Assembly (NCBI GenBank): GCA_963796455.1
Contig: CAWCLO010000001.1
Location: 1,024,001-1,088,000, forward strand
Source: Candidatus Sulfomarinibacteraceae bacterium
Lineage (GTDB): Bacteria > Acidobacteriota > Thermoanaerobaculia > Thermoanaerobaculales > Sulfomarinibacteraceae
Length of the DNA: 64,000 bases
Direction: 5' to 3'
The notes under the pieces were generated by a model. It did no database searches. It saw nothing but the letters and a program-made list of their open reading frames with translations, and was not told the DNA's origin. Shown here piece after piece: positions 52,797 through 62,200 of this stretch. The number at the start of each line of letters is the position of its first letter. Position 1 is the stretch's first letter. The position numbers and the translations under genes are program-made.

Positions 52797-55700
52797 TTGG
52801 GTGTGCACCCCAGTCAGCCGACACGGGCTTCGCTCCAGGAAGGGTGGGTCATCGCCAACCATATCCTGGTGTCCTTTCACGTTGCCTTTATCTCTTCCGT
52901 GCTTGCTCTCCCGGCAGAAGCAATTCTCAAAGCCGATGTCCTGCGTTTTATCTTCCTCAGCTGGGAAACACTGGTCTCGGCCTTGTTCATGGGGATCACA
53001 TTTCATTGTGGAATCGCCATCCATGAACTCGGGCACTTTCTCGCCGCCGCTCGACTCAATGCACTCAACGAATCAGTTGCCGCTGACGCCAACGAACATC
53101 TCCACCGTCCGTTTTTCGGTCGTCTGGTTTTTTTGGCCGGGATGTTTCTCCGTATCCCCTACGGCACCGCACCAGGTGTCAAACGGGAAGGCCTGAACTA
53201 CTACCCAGATGCGCCCTACAATCTGGCCGTCGCCGCCGCCGGGCCACGAGCGAGCCGCAACCTGGCCGTCGCGGCCCTGCTGCCCGCCGCTGTATTGCTC
53301 ACCCTCGGTCTCTTCCTCGACACCGACCCGGCCATCTATGCCGGCCGGCTGCTCCTCGGTATCGGGTTGGTGGCCTTTCTGGATTTTCGATTCGCGGACC
53401 CCGGGAAATACGCCGAATTCCGCACCCGGGAAGCCCTCGCGAACGAACGAGCGGCCACCGTCGGGGAGGTCAAGGGCTGGCTTCTTCTTTGTCCGGAACA
53501 AAAGAACCGGATGATCGAGGAACGCATCCAGGAAGCGATCCACCCGCGGCTCGGACCGGTGACGGCGCCCTGGCAATTCCGCAATTGTGGAATGGGTGGC
53601 CGCCACACCGAAAAAGAATATCCCGAGTCCAACATCAGCATGCAGGAGGCCATGTTTCTGATTCTGAATGCACGGGACTACCAGGATGCGCAAGAGTTGA
53701 CGGTCCGGCTGCAAAACCGCCTCAAGGAAATCATCGAAAAGGAAGAGGGCTGTCGGGTCATGGGAATCGGCCTCGAAGGGGGGCTCGCACCATACATCGA
53801 CAAGGGCGACTATCAGCTTCCTGAACTTCGTCTGTGGGCGATGATGAAACAGGCCATCGCCGAGTGCGGTTGCCGGCCGGGAATCGACGTTGCGATCGCT
53901 CTGGACCCGGCGCTGAGCGAACTCGAGATCGCCTATCGCCAGGAATTCGACATGCCCGACAGTGTCGGGATGTATCTCTTCTGGCGCGACAAGGCCAAGC
54001 TCATCCTCGATCGAAATGCTGTGCTCGAGATCTACGCTACGGCGATCGAAGATCTCGAGATCCCCGTCCTGTCCATCGAGGACGGCTTTTCCGAGGACGA
54101 TCACGAGGGTTGGCGGCTGCTACTCGAACGCCTCGGCAAACACATCTTTGTCATCGGGGACGACCTCGTGACGACCAATGATTCGACGATCGAAGACGCC
54201 GCCGATCGCGGGCTGATCAACGCCGCCCTCATCAAAGCAAATCAGATCGGTTCGTTGTACGAGACTCTGCTCGCCATGATGGTGGCATTGGGCAAGGGCC
54301 AGGATCTCGTGGTATCCCACCGCTCCAAAAGCCCGAATGACGACATGGAGGCGCAGATCGCGCTGGCGGTCAATGCGCTCGGACTCAAGGCCGGAGGTGG
54401 CGCCAACACCGAACGACTCGTCAAATACCAGGCGGTCACCGAGCAGATGCTCAAGGTGGCGGACTCGGGTGGCGAAACCGCGCTGCACCCTGGTGAGAAA
54501 GCTGTTGTCCGTACCCTGCGAGCCTACGAGGAATCCACCAACGCGGGCATCCCGACGGTCGGCGTCACGCTCGAACTGGCTGTCCCCTCGGCCGGTGTGC
54601 GGCTCCAATTCAGAGGTGCGACACCGCTCGGAACATCCGCTGGGACCGGCGAGGCGATCCATCTGGTCGACGCCCTCATCGAACAGGCCGAACACCGGGA
54701 GATCATCGATCGCTTCGGCGGCTTCTTCGAGCAACGGGAAAGGGGCGTTTTCACCTTTGGCAAGGAAGTGTCGGAAGCTGAAATTCGATCCGCCCAGGAC
54801 GAAGGGCTGACGCATCTTTTCGAACGAGCGCAACGATATGGTGGGAAGGGCTGCCTCAACGCGGTCGACAACGTTGTGCAGATCATCGCGCCCCAGTTCA
54901 CCGGACGCGACATTGCCGGCCTCGGACTCAGGGAAATCGACGCCTCGCTGCTCGGTCTCGAACTCTTGACCGCCCGGCGGCGCGGAAAAATCGACTCTGG
55001 AGACGATTCGGAAAACCCCATCCAGGTCATGCAGCGCAAACAGAATCTCGGCATGAACGCGATGTTGTCGGTTTCGCTGGCGCTTTCTCGTGCGGTCGCC
55101 CACATCCAGGGTAAAGAACTCTACGAACTCTTGCGCGAAGAAATGATGCGAATCATCGAAGACCTGGCCCGATCGTATGAGGTGGAGGTCCGCGGCAGCC
55201 GTTTTTCCGATTATGTGACGGCCTTGCGCGAGGTCACCGGGATCCTCGAAGGACAGGGACAACCCGTGTTCGAGGTCCTCCGGAGTCGTACAGCGATCTA
55301 CTCATTGGCTGAAGAGTTCTCGAAAGGAACGCAAATTGTCGGGACCGGTTCCGGCGGTGATCCGATCCTGGAGGGAGAGCACAAAAGGACGAAGGCTGAC
55401 GATCCGCCACCCGTTCCCGAACCCGTTCCCGGGCCCGCCGCCCGCGGCATCGAGACCTCCCTGCCCAAAAACTTCACACCCCTGGACCGCGACACGATCA
55501 CCGATCTGAGCCGAGCCCTCCATCGAGCATTTGCGGTGACCGACGACCGAAGCGACGCTTCAAACACCCTCCGTTCCTACCTGGAGACCAAGACCGCCGC
55601 CGCGAGCAGGCTGGGCCGCTTCGGTATCGTCAACAACCGCGTATTCACCCACGACGGCACCCTTCTGGCGCCTTTTCTCGTCGGCGAGACCCTGGTACTG

Positions 55701-58700
55701 CAATCCGTCAACGACGACTCCAACCGAACCCTTGCGGTACGTCGTTTTCCCGCCGGCACCATTTATACGGACCAGGTGTTCATGGAGATCGCCGATTTTG
55801 ACGGCCGCGCGATCGACGTCGAACAGGCTCTCTTCTTCTTCGATGCCGAACATGTGACGGCGCCGCGGATCACCCGCATTCGCGACATCGCCTCACTGCT
55901 CAAGGAGGTCAACGAGGCCACCAATCGCAACCAGGCGCTCTTCCTCTTGAGACACCTGGTGGCGAGGCTCTGCAATCTCTCGGTCAAAACCTTTCTCGGC
56001 GCAAAGAATCTGCAGCCCGAGGTCAACGAACTCAACAGCCAATTGATACAGTTCATCAACGGCAGATTGTGCACGCGTCTCGCCGGTCTGTCTCGAACCA
56101 TCGTCCGCAACCTCTCGAGCGTCATCGGCAAACCGAATCTGATCGATCAACTGTGGAACGACACCATCCGCCTGGCTGAGGTGGAGATTCGGGGCAGCGC
56201 GATCGTCAACGAACTGCGGAGAAGCAGCCACCACGCGCTCGGGAAACGAACCCTCGTGCTCGCCGAGGCCTACCTCCGCTTTCTCGATACCGGCGAGATG
56301 GGTCAGTTGAATCGCCTCGGTTTCGATCATCCGGCGGCGAGCGATCTCGAGGCCAGAGAGAAACAGAAGCCGCGCGATATCGTCGAACGCGTGGTCGAGG
56401 ACCTTGGGCGGCTTCTCGGAACCTCCGAAACGGTGGCCAGAATCCAGGAATGGCAGCGATCCTACAAGGAGATCCTACTCCAGTGCCAATTCGGCAATCA
56501 GATCGAGACCGAACTCGAAACGATGATTGCCAAGGGCATTCGGGCCCGCAACCGGTGGGTGTATTTCCACCACCTGAGGATTCTCAACCAGAAAGCAGCG
56601 GACTTTTCGCGACCGGAGGCGGTGACTAAGGAATTCACCGCCCGCCTCGAGCGACTCCGCACCATGCGACCCGACGAAGCGGATTTCGACGCCGACCTGT
56701 GCGAAGCCGAGGCCCGCGAGGCCGTGGAGATCTTCACCACCGGAATCCGCGCCGCCTACCAGAACGAGCTCTTCCAGATGCTCGACGCGGTGATCGAGGC
56801 CAACGAAAAGAGCTCCCCCTACGAGACCTTCACGATGGTCCGGAGTCTGCGAATACGTTTGCAGACCATGATCCGAAACGGTGGGTTCCCATCGCAACGC
56901 TACTTCCTGCACCAACTCGATTGTCTGCTCGAGGAGATGAGCTACCTCGCCGTGAGACAGATCGCCACGGCCTATTCGGAAAAGGGGGTCGATCTCGAGC
57001 AGTGCCTGGAGATCATCCGCGTTTCGATTCTCAACCTCGAGTTTGACGGACTGGCCTCGCGTGAGTTGCACGATCTCTCGGGTCTGCTCGGCCACCCGAA
57101 TCGGAGCGACGGCGAGCTCCTCGATGTACTCAGACACGTCAGCCGCCACTACCACAAGATCCGCCAACGGGTGACCAATCCCTACGAACACATGAGTCAC
57201 CATCTCGCCCTCGACGAGGAAGACCTGCGCACCGTTCTGGCCAATATGCAGCGCTATATGCACGACCTCAACAGCGTGGTCCAATTCGCGGACATCGCCG
57301 GCGCACATATCCGGGACCAACAGACCCGAAACAAAGAAAACGGCAGCGCGCACGGCAGCGACGCTGATCTCCAATCGGTCCACGACATCATCCACATCTC
57401 GCACAAAGACCAGGTCGTCGCCGAAATGGATATCTGCTGCGAGCGGCCGAACTTGCGGGAGCGTTATGGCGGTAAGGGCAGCAGCCTGCTCTACGTCACC
57501 CAACTCAATCTTCCGACTCGGGACGGTTTCATCCTCCCAACCACAATCCCGCGCGCAGGCCTCCATCGTGGTGATACCACCTGGTTGGAAGGAGAAATCA
57601 CCAAACACCTGAAAATCCTCGAAACAGACCTTGCCGGCCAAAACGGGATCATCAAACGATTCGGCGACGAGAAGGAACCGCTGGTACTGGCGATTCGAGG
57701 CGGTTCGGTCTTCTCGATGCCCGGTATGCTCTCGACAATCGTCTTTGTCGGGATGAACGACCCCATCGCAGCGGCCCTGGCCCAGCACGGTCCATGGCGC
57801 GCCTATGATTCGTATCGCCGCTTTCTCGCCTCCTTCGGCCTGGCTTTCTGGGGCGTCGACCTCGAGACCTACAACCTGGTTGATGATGCCAAAAAGCGCC
57901 ATGGGGTCGAGTACAAAACTGATCTTTCGTGGGAAGCGATGAAAGAAATCGCCGAACGGTCAAAAACGGTGTTCAGAGATCACGGTCTATCGGGCGAACT
58001 GGACCGCATCCTGAAAGACCCGAGGCAGCAGCTGCTCGCTGCCGTGTGCGCGGTCTTTGAGTCCTGGAACAAGGAGAGAGCCCAGCGATATCGGGAGATC
58101 AAGGGCATCTCGCACTCGTGGCAGACCGCGGCCATCGTGCAGGAGATGGCTTTTGGCAACGGCCGCAACGCAGCGATCGAGGCGCCGATGGATGAAACCT
58201 TGGTGTCCCTCACGGGCGTCATTCCACGCACCACCGTCACCGAGTTCGGTCTGCGGGAGCTGTCGGGTGAATTCAAATTCTCGGCCGCCGGAGACGATCT
58301 CGTCGGCGGTGTTACATCCTCCGAGTCCTTCCATTCCATCGATGAACTCGACTCCTTGATGCCGATGCTCGGGCGCCGGCTTCGCCACGTCTCCTCGCGG
58401 CTCAGGCGATCGATGGGCACCGATCAGGAGGTCGAGTTCACCGTCGAAAACGGAGTTCTGAGCGTTCTCCAATCAAGGACCGCGGAAACCTATGCCGACC
58501 AGGCAATCGATCGTTTTGTTGAGCCCGGCGAGGCCGTCACCAGGGGACTCGGTGTACGCGGCGGTGGTTTCCGGGGGCTGGTCGCCTTCGATGATGCCGA
58601 TCGTGAAGAACTCGCGGCGATCGATTTCTCTCGCCGCGACGATGTCGACGGGGTGCTCCTCGTGTTGGAGAACCCCACTCCGGAGGAGATCCCGATGATC

Positions 58701-58979
58701 ATCTCCGCCGATGGGCTGCTGACCGCAAAGGGTGGATCCACCTCGCACGCCGCAGTCGCCGCCAACGGGATTGAGGACCGGAATTTCTGTTCGGTCATGA
58801 GCGCCGGCGGTCTTCGCGTCGACCTCGAAAAGCGTGAAGCCGTCATCCAGAACGCCGACGGAGAGATCCTCCACCGGATCCTCAAGGGTGATGTGCTCTC
58901 GCTGCACGGCACCTCGGGTGAGGTCTACATCGGTTCTCGCGCCCTCCGCCAGGTCGACGGCAAGGAACCGCAATCGTGA
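52797..58979 (+). CDS. 2060-aa multidomain protein: HExxH membrane domain, circularly permuted enolase, unknown helical region, PPDK ATP-grasp and phospho-His domains
   Basis: HELGH...AAAGP, then enolase barrel motifs GGRH, MQE, GLEGG, SIEDG, GDDL, IKANQIG and SHRS, which precede cap motifs PLGTS, RYGGKG and LGMNAMLSVSLA. PPDK motifs follow: YGGKG, SMPGM, YDSYRRF, VQEMAFGN and GGSTSHAA. Confidence 0.88.
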   Translation: MGVHPSQPTRASLQEGWVIANHILVSFHVAFISSVLALPAEAILKADVLRFIFLSWETLVSALFMGITFHCGIAIHELGHFLAAARLNALNESVAADANEHLHRPFFGRLVFLAGMFLRIPYGTAPGVKREGLNYYPDAPYNLAVAAAGPRASRNLAVAALLPAAVLLTLGLFLDTDPAIYAGRLLLGIGLVAFLDFRFADPGKYAEFRTREALANERAATVGEVKGWLLLCPEQKNRMIEERIQEAIHPRLGPVTAPWQFRNCGMGGRHTEKEYPESNISMQEAMFLILNARDYQDAQELTVRLQNRLKEIIEKEEGCRVMGIGLEGGLAPYIDKGDYQLPELRLWAMMKQAIAECGCRPGIDVAIALDPALSELEIAYRQEFDMPDSVGMYLFWRDKAKLILDRNAVLEIYATAIEDLEIPVLSIEDGFSEDDHEGWRLLLERLGKHIFVIGDDLVTTNDSTIEDAADRGLINAALIKANQIGSLYETLLAMMVALGKGQDLVVSHRSKSPNDDMEAQIALAVNALGLKAGGGANTERLVKYQAVTEQMLKVADSGGETALHPGEKAVVRTLRAYEESTNAGIPTVGVTLELAVPSAGVRLQFRGATPLGTSAGTGEAIHLVDALIEQAEHREIIDRFGGFFEQRERGVFTFGKEVSEAEIRSAQDEGLTHLFERAQRYGGKGCLNAVDNVVQIIAPQFTGRDIAGLGLREIDASLLGLELLTARRRGKIDSGDDSENPIQVMQRKQNLGMNAMLSVSLALSRAVAHIQGKELYELLREEMMRIIEDLARSYEVEVRGSRFSDYVTALREVTGILEGQGQPVFEVLRSRTAIYSLAEEFSKGTQIVGTGSGGDPILEGEHKRTKADDPPPVPEPVPGPAARGIETSLPKNFTPLDRDTITDLSRALHRAFAVTDDRSDASNTLRSYLETKTAAASRLGRFGIVNNRVFTHDGTLLAPFLVGETLVLQSVNDDSNRTLAVRRFPAGTIYTDQVFMEIADFDGRAIDVEQALFFFDAEHVTAPRITRIRDIASLLKEVNEATNRNQALFLLRHLVARLCNLSVKTFLGAKNLQPEVNELNSQLIQFINGRLCTRLAGLSRTIVRNLSSVIGKPNLIDQLWNDTIRLAEVEIRGSAIVNELRRSSHHALGKRTLVLAEAYLRFLDTGEMGQLNRLGFDHPAASDLEAREKQKPRDIVERVVEDLGRLLGTSETVARIQEWQRSYKEILLQCQFGNQIETELETMIAKGIRARNRWVYFHHLRILNQKAADFSRPEAVTKEFTARLERLRTMRPDEADFDADLCEAEAREAVEIFTTGIRAAYQNELFQMLDAVIEANEKSSPYETFTMVRSLRIRLQTMIRNGGFPSQRYFLHQLDCLLEEMSYLAVRQIATAYSEKGVDLEQCLEIIRVSILNLEFDGLASRELHDLSGLLGHPNRSDGELLDVLRHVSRHYHKIRQRVTNPYEHMSHHLALDEEDLRTVLANMQRYMHDLNSVVQFADIAGAHIRDQQTRNKENGSAHGSDADLQSVHDIIHISHKDQVVAEMDICCERPNLRERYGGKGSSLLYVTQLNLPTRDGFILPTTIPRAGLHRGDTTWLEGEITKHLKILETDLAGQNGIIKRFGDEKEPLVLAIRGGSVFSMPGMLSTIVFVGMNDPIAAALAQHGPWRAYDSYRRFLASFGLAFWGVDLETYNLVDDAKKRHGVEYKTDLSWEAMKEIAERSKTVFRDHGLSGELDRILKDPRQQLLAAVCAVFESWNKERAQRYREIKGISHSWQTAAIVQEMAFGNGRNAAIEAPMDETLVSLTGVIPRTTVTEFGLRELSGEFKFSAAGDDLVGGVTSSESFHSIDELDSLMPMLGRRLRHVSSRLRRSMGTDQEVEFTVENGVLSVLQSRTAETYADQAIDRFVEPGEAVTRGLGVRGGGFRGLVAFDDADREELAAIDFSRRDDVDGVLLVLENPTPEEIPMIISADGLLTAKGGSTSHAAVAANGIEDRNFCSVMSAGGLRVDLEKREAVIQNADGEILHRILKGDVLSLHGTSGEVYIGSRALRQVDGKEPQS

Positions 58980-59240
58980 GGCTTCTTTTCGCGACGCCGC
59001 AACCCTGACGGGCCGGGGACGATAAGAAAGTTCACCCGCCCGGTCACCCTGTCTCCGTCGGCGCCGCATGGCCGGTGCGACGACTTCTTGGAGATCCACT
59101 CAGGGTTCCGGGAATCGGGTCACGTCGAGATCGAGCTTGAGATGATTCATCGATTCGAGGCTTGCGTCCACGAGATCGCGATCCCGGTGCGGATTCGATC
59201 GCCGTTTCACCCAACTGAACTGATCTTCCCCGCTCCCCCT

Positions 59241-59288
59241 CTCCCTTTCTCCCTTTCTCCCTTTCTCCCTTTCTCCCTTTCTCCCTTT
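59241..59288. repeat. Octamer array (CTCCCTTT)x6
   Basis: Six perfect copies directly after the alpha-2-macroglobulin stop. Confidence 0.9.
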
Positions 59289-59297
59289 TTGGGAGTA

Positions 59298-62200
59298 TCA
59301 GTCGCCTTCGACCTGCAGTCGATGACCCGCCGAATAGGCCGTGAACTCGGGCGCATACATCGACTGTAGAACCGCCGGACCGACCCGGAATGCTCCGGCC
59401 ATGTTCGCGCGCAGGCGGTATTTGAAGGTGTACTCACCCGCCGGCAACCACTCAAAGAAGAAGTTGGTGCCGGAATCGCGGACCTCTTCGTACCAGGAGA
59501 TCCCGAGATCCCACTTGTACTGCGATCGCAATGTCTCGGGCTCGAATCCAGCGCCCCGCGGGTCGCGAAGATGGACATACTCGGCGGCGTGTTTGGCGCG
59601 GATCGACAGGTGGACCTCGATCTGGTCGCCCGGGTTGATTTTCTCGCCATCTTTCATAGGCCGAAGCACCCATCCCGAGCCGTCGTTGAAGCGTCGGAAG
59701 TAGGCCCGTTCGACCGCAAAAAGATCTCCCCGGGCCTCATCGGGCAGCCGCTCGGTGGAAAAGTGCCACGTGGCCGAAGCAAAGGCAAAGCCCTTGAGGG
59801 TTTTTCCACGACGATGGTGGACATGGTCTCCGGGTCCACGGCTTCGCCCTCGACAATCACCCGGTTGCGGGCTCCGGTGTAGCTATCCGGCTCGAAGACA
59901 AATCGTGTGGTCCGGGGCCCCATCGACACGCGAGATCTCCTCGCGCACCTCGAGGGTCTCTTCGTGGCGCAGATAGTGGGCCAGGGAATAGAGCACTTCG
60001 GCGGTGGCGCGGGTCGACTTCCAGTGGTTGAGTTTTTTGTTGAGCAGCAACCACTGGACCAGACCGTGGCGGCGGCCGTCGTCCGGCTCGAGCTCGGTCA
60101 ATGTCCGCAGAGCAAAAGCGTGGGTCTCGGTGGTGTCGTTGTACCAGAGCCAGGCGCGGTCCTCGGGCGCCCAATAGGTGCCGAGATCCTCATCGGTCTT
60201 TGCCGAATCCATCACCGAATCGAAGACCAGAACCGCCTCGTCGTGGCGCCCCATCCGCTCGAGGGTCAGCGCCAGATAGCTCTTGGTCAATGGTGAGTGC
60301 GCCTTCCAGTGGCGGAAGCTGAAATCGAGCATCCGCTTGCGGTCGTCGGCGGTGAACACTCCGCCCGTCCACGACTCGTCGGGGTAGTTGGAGAGCGTGT
60401 AGTTCAGAAACGTGATCGTTTCCCAGCAGCAATTGTGAGCCATCATCTGCTCGACCCAATAGTCGAGATAATGGCGGTGCATATACGCCCAGGCCCGCAC
60501 CACGACATCCTTCGGCGTCTCGACGCCAAACTCGAGGCCCTTGGAAAAACCGTGCAGGATGTAAAGCGTCATCCAAGGTGACGGAGGTCCGCCGGGCCAC
60601 CACGGAAAGCCGCCGAGTGAGGTCTGGCTCTTTTTCAACTTGGCAAGAGCCGCCTCGCGTTGGGCGCGGGTCACCGTCGGATCGAGGACGTTGACGAGGT
60701 GGTCGGAATCCTCCGCGCCACCGCGAGACATCTGCAGCCACGGCGTCTCGACCAACTCCATAGCGCGGTTGGGATCGTCGGCTTCCCATTGTTCAAATCG
60801 GCTCTCACGCTGCGACAGCTTTGCGGCCATCCGCTCTACCGATGGGTACCTATCAAAGAGGCTCGACACGATCCCGGTCGAAAGAAAACGGTTGAGGGTC
60901 TGTTCGGTGCACTCGTAGGGGTAATCCACCAGATAGGGCAGGGCATTGAGAACCGAGTAGAAGAGCTGGGCATCGATGGTGACCGCAAGTTGCCCGTGGA
61001 TCAGAGACGGGTCGTCATCCGATGCCATATCGGCAAAATGGAGCTCCCGGCGATCCGCATCGTGGAGCGTAGCGAAACGTGATTGCATGAGGTGAAGACG
61101 ACCCGGCAGTACCGGTAACGGTCGGAGCTCGCCGTCGGAGAAGTCACCGGCGCGAGCAATGACCTTGAAGGCCACAGTACCGACCCGGGCGGGGACCTCG
61201 AGTTCGAAACTCAGATCAGTACCCTTGCCGGCTTCGACCTCAAAGGGCAGACCCGAGGTGTCCTCGGCCGAAAGACCGAAGAGTGATCGCAGATCCTCCT
61301 CGGTATCGGGATCGTAGATCGAGAGGTTGAGCGCACCCGACAGTGTCTGCTCTCCGGCGTTGTTGACCACGACCTTGAGCAGAGCACGATCGCCCTCGCG
61401 GAGGAAGCGGGGCAGGTAGGGGCGAACCATGAGCTCCTTGACGCTCGCCGCCTGGCGGGTGACCGAACCACCTTTGAGATCGGTGGTCAGGGCGTGAACC
61501 CAGAGATTCCACTCTGTGACCGAGTCCGGAACATCGAACTCGACAGTCGCCGATCCGTCGTCGTTGAGGAGGAGGTGGGGCTCCCAGAAAGCGGTCTCCG
61601 AGAAATCGGACCGGAGTTCGACGGCAGCATTGGGCGGATCGGTGCCACCGGCTGCGCTCCGGTCGGCGTCAGCCAGGTTCCGGCTTGTCTCGCCTTCCCG
61701 CTTGAATTCCGCGCTCTCCTCGGCCGCCATCGGGGCGGCCATCGCCATGGCCGCGGAATCCATCCTCGATTCCATGACCATGCCCGCCTTCATCTGCCGG
61801 AATCCACCACGCCGACCGGGCCCGCCGATGCCGTACCCGTCCAGACTCATGAGCGCATCACCATGAAGGTGGGGGAAGCCCGGTGGATTGGGCAGTCCTG
61901 ATGTGCCCCAGGCGCGCGGCGCCTGGCCGAGGTTGTCCCATAAACGAGCGATCCCGGAGCGGTTCGGATAAAGCGCCGTCACCGACGGCGGCGAATGTGG
62001 GGCAAAGATATCGAGGCTGCGGTCATACATATAGGCCAGCAATTCGGCGGCGGCGGTGTCGACAGCGGACCCATCATGACGCCGCACCGTGACCGTGAAG
62101 GTTTCGCGGGTACCGGGCCGCATCCGGTCTCGGAAGGTCGCGAAATCGAGCTCCAACCGGCGGTCATCCCAGGGCACGAAAAGCTGGGCCGTCTGGCGTA

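Noticed and set aside
58980..59230. Separate gene for the missing PPDK barrel or other small ORFs
   Set aside because: The interval is too short and shows no recognisable motifs.
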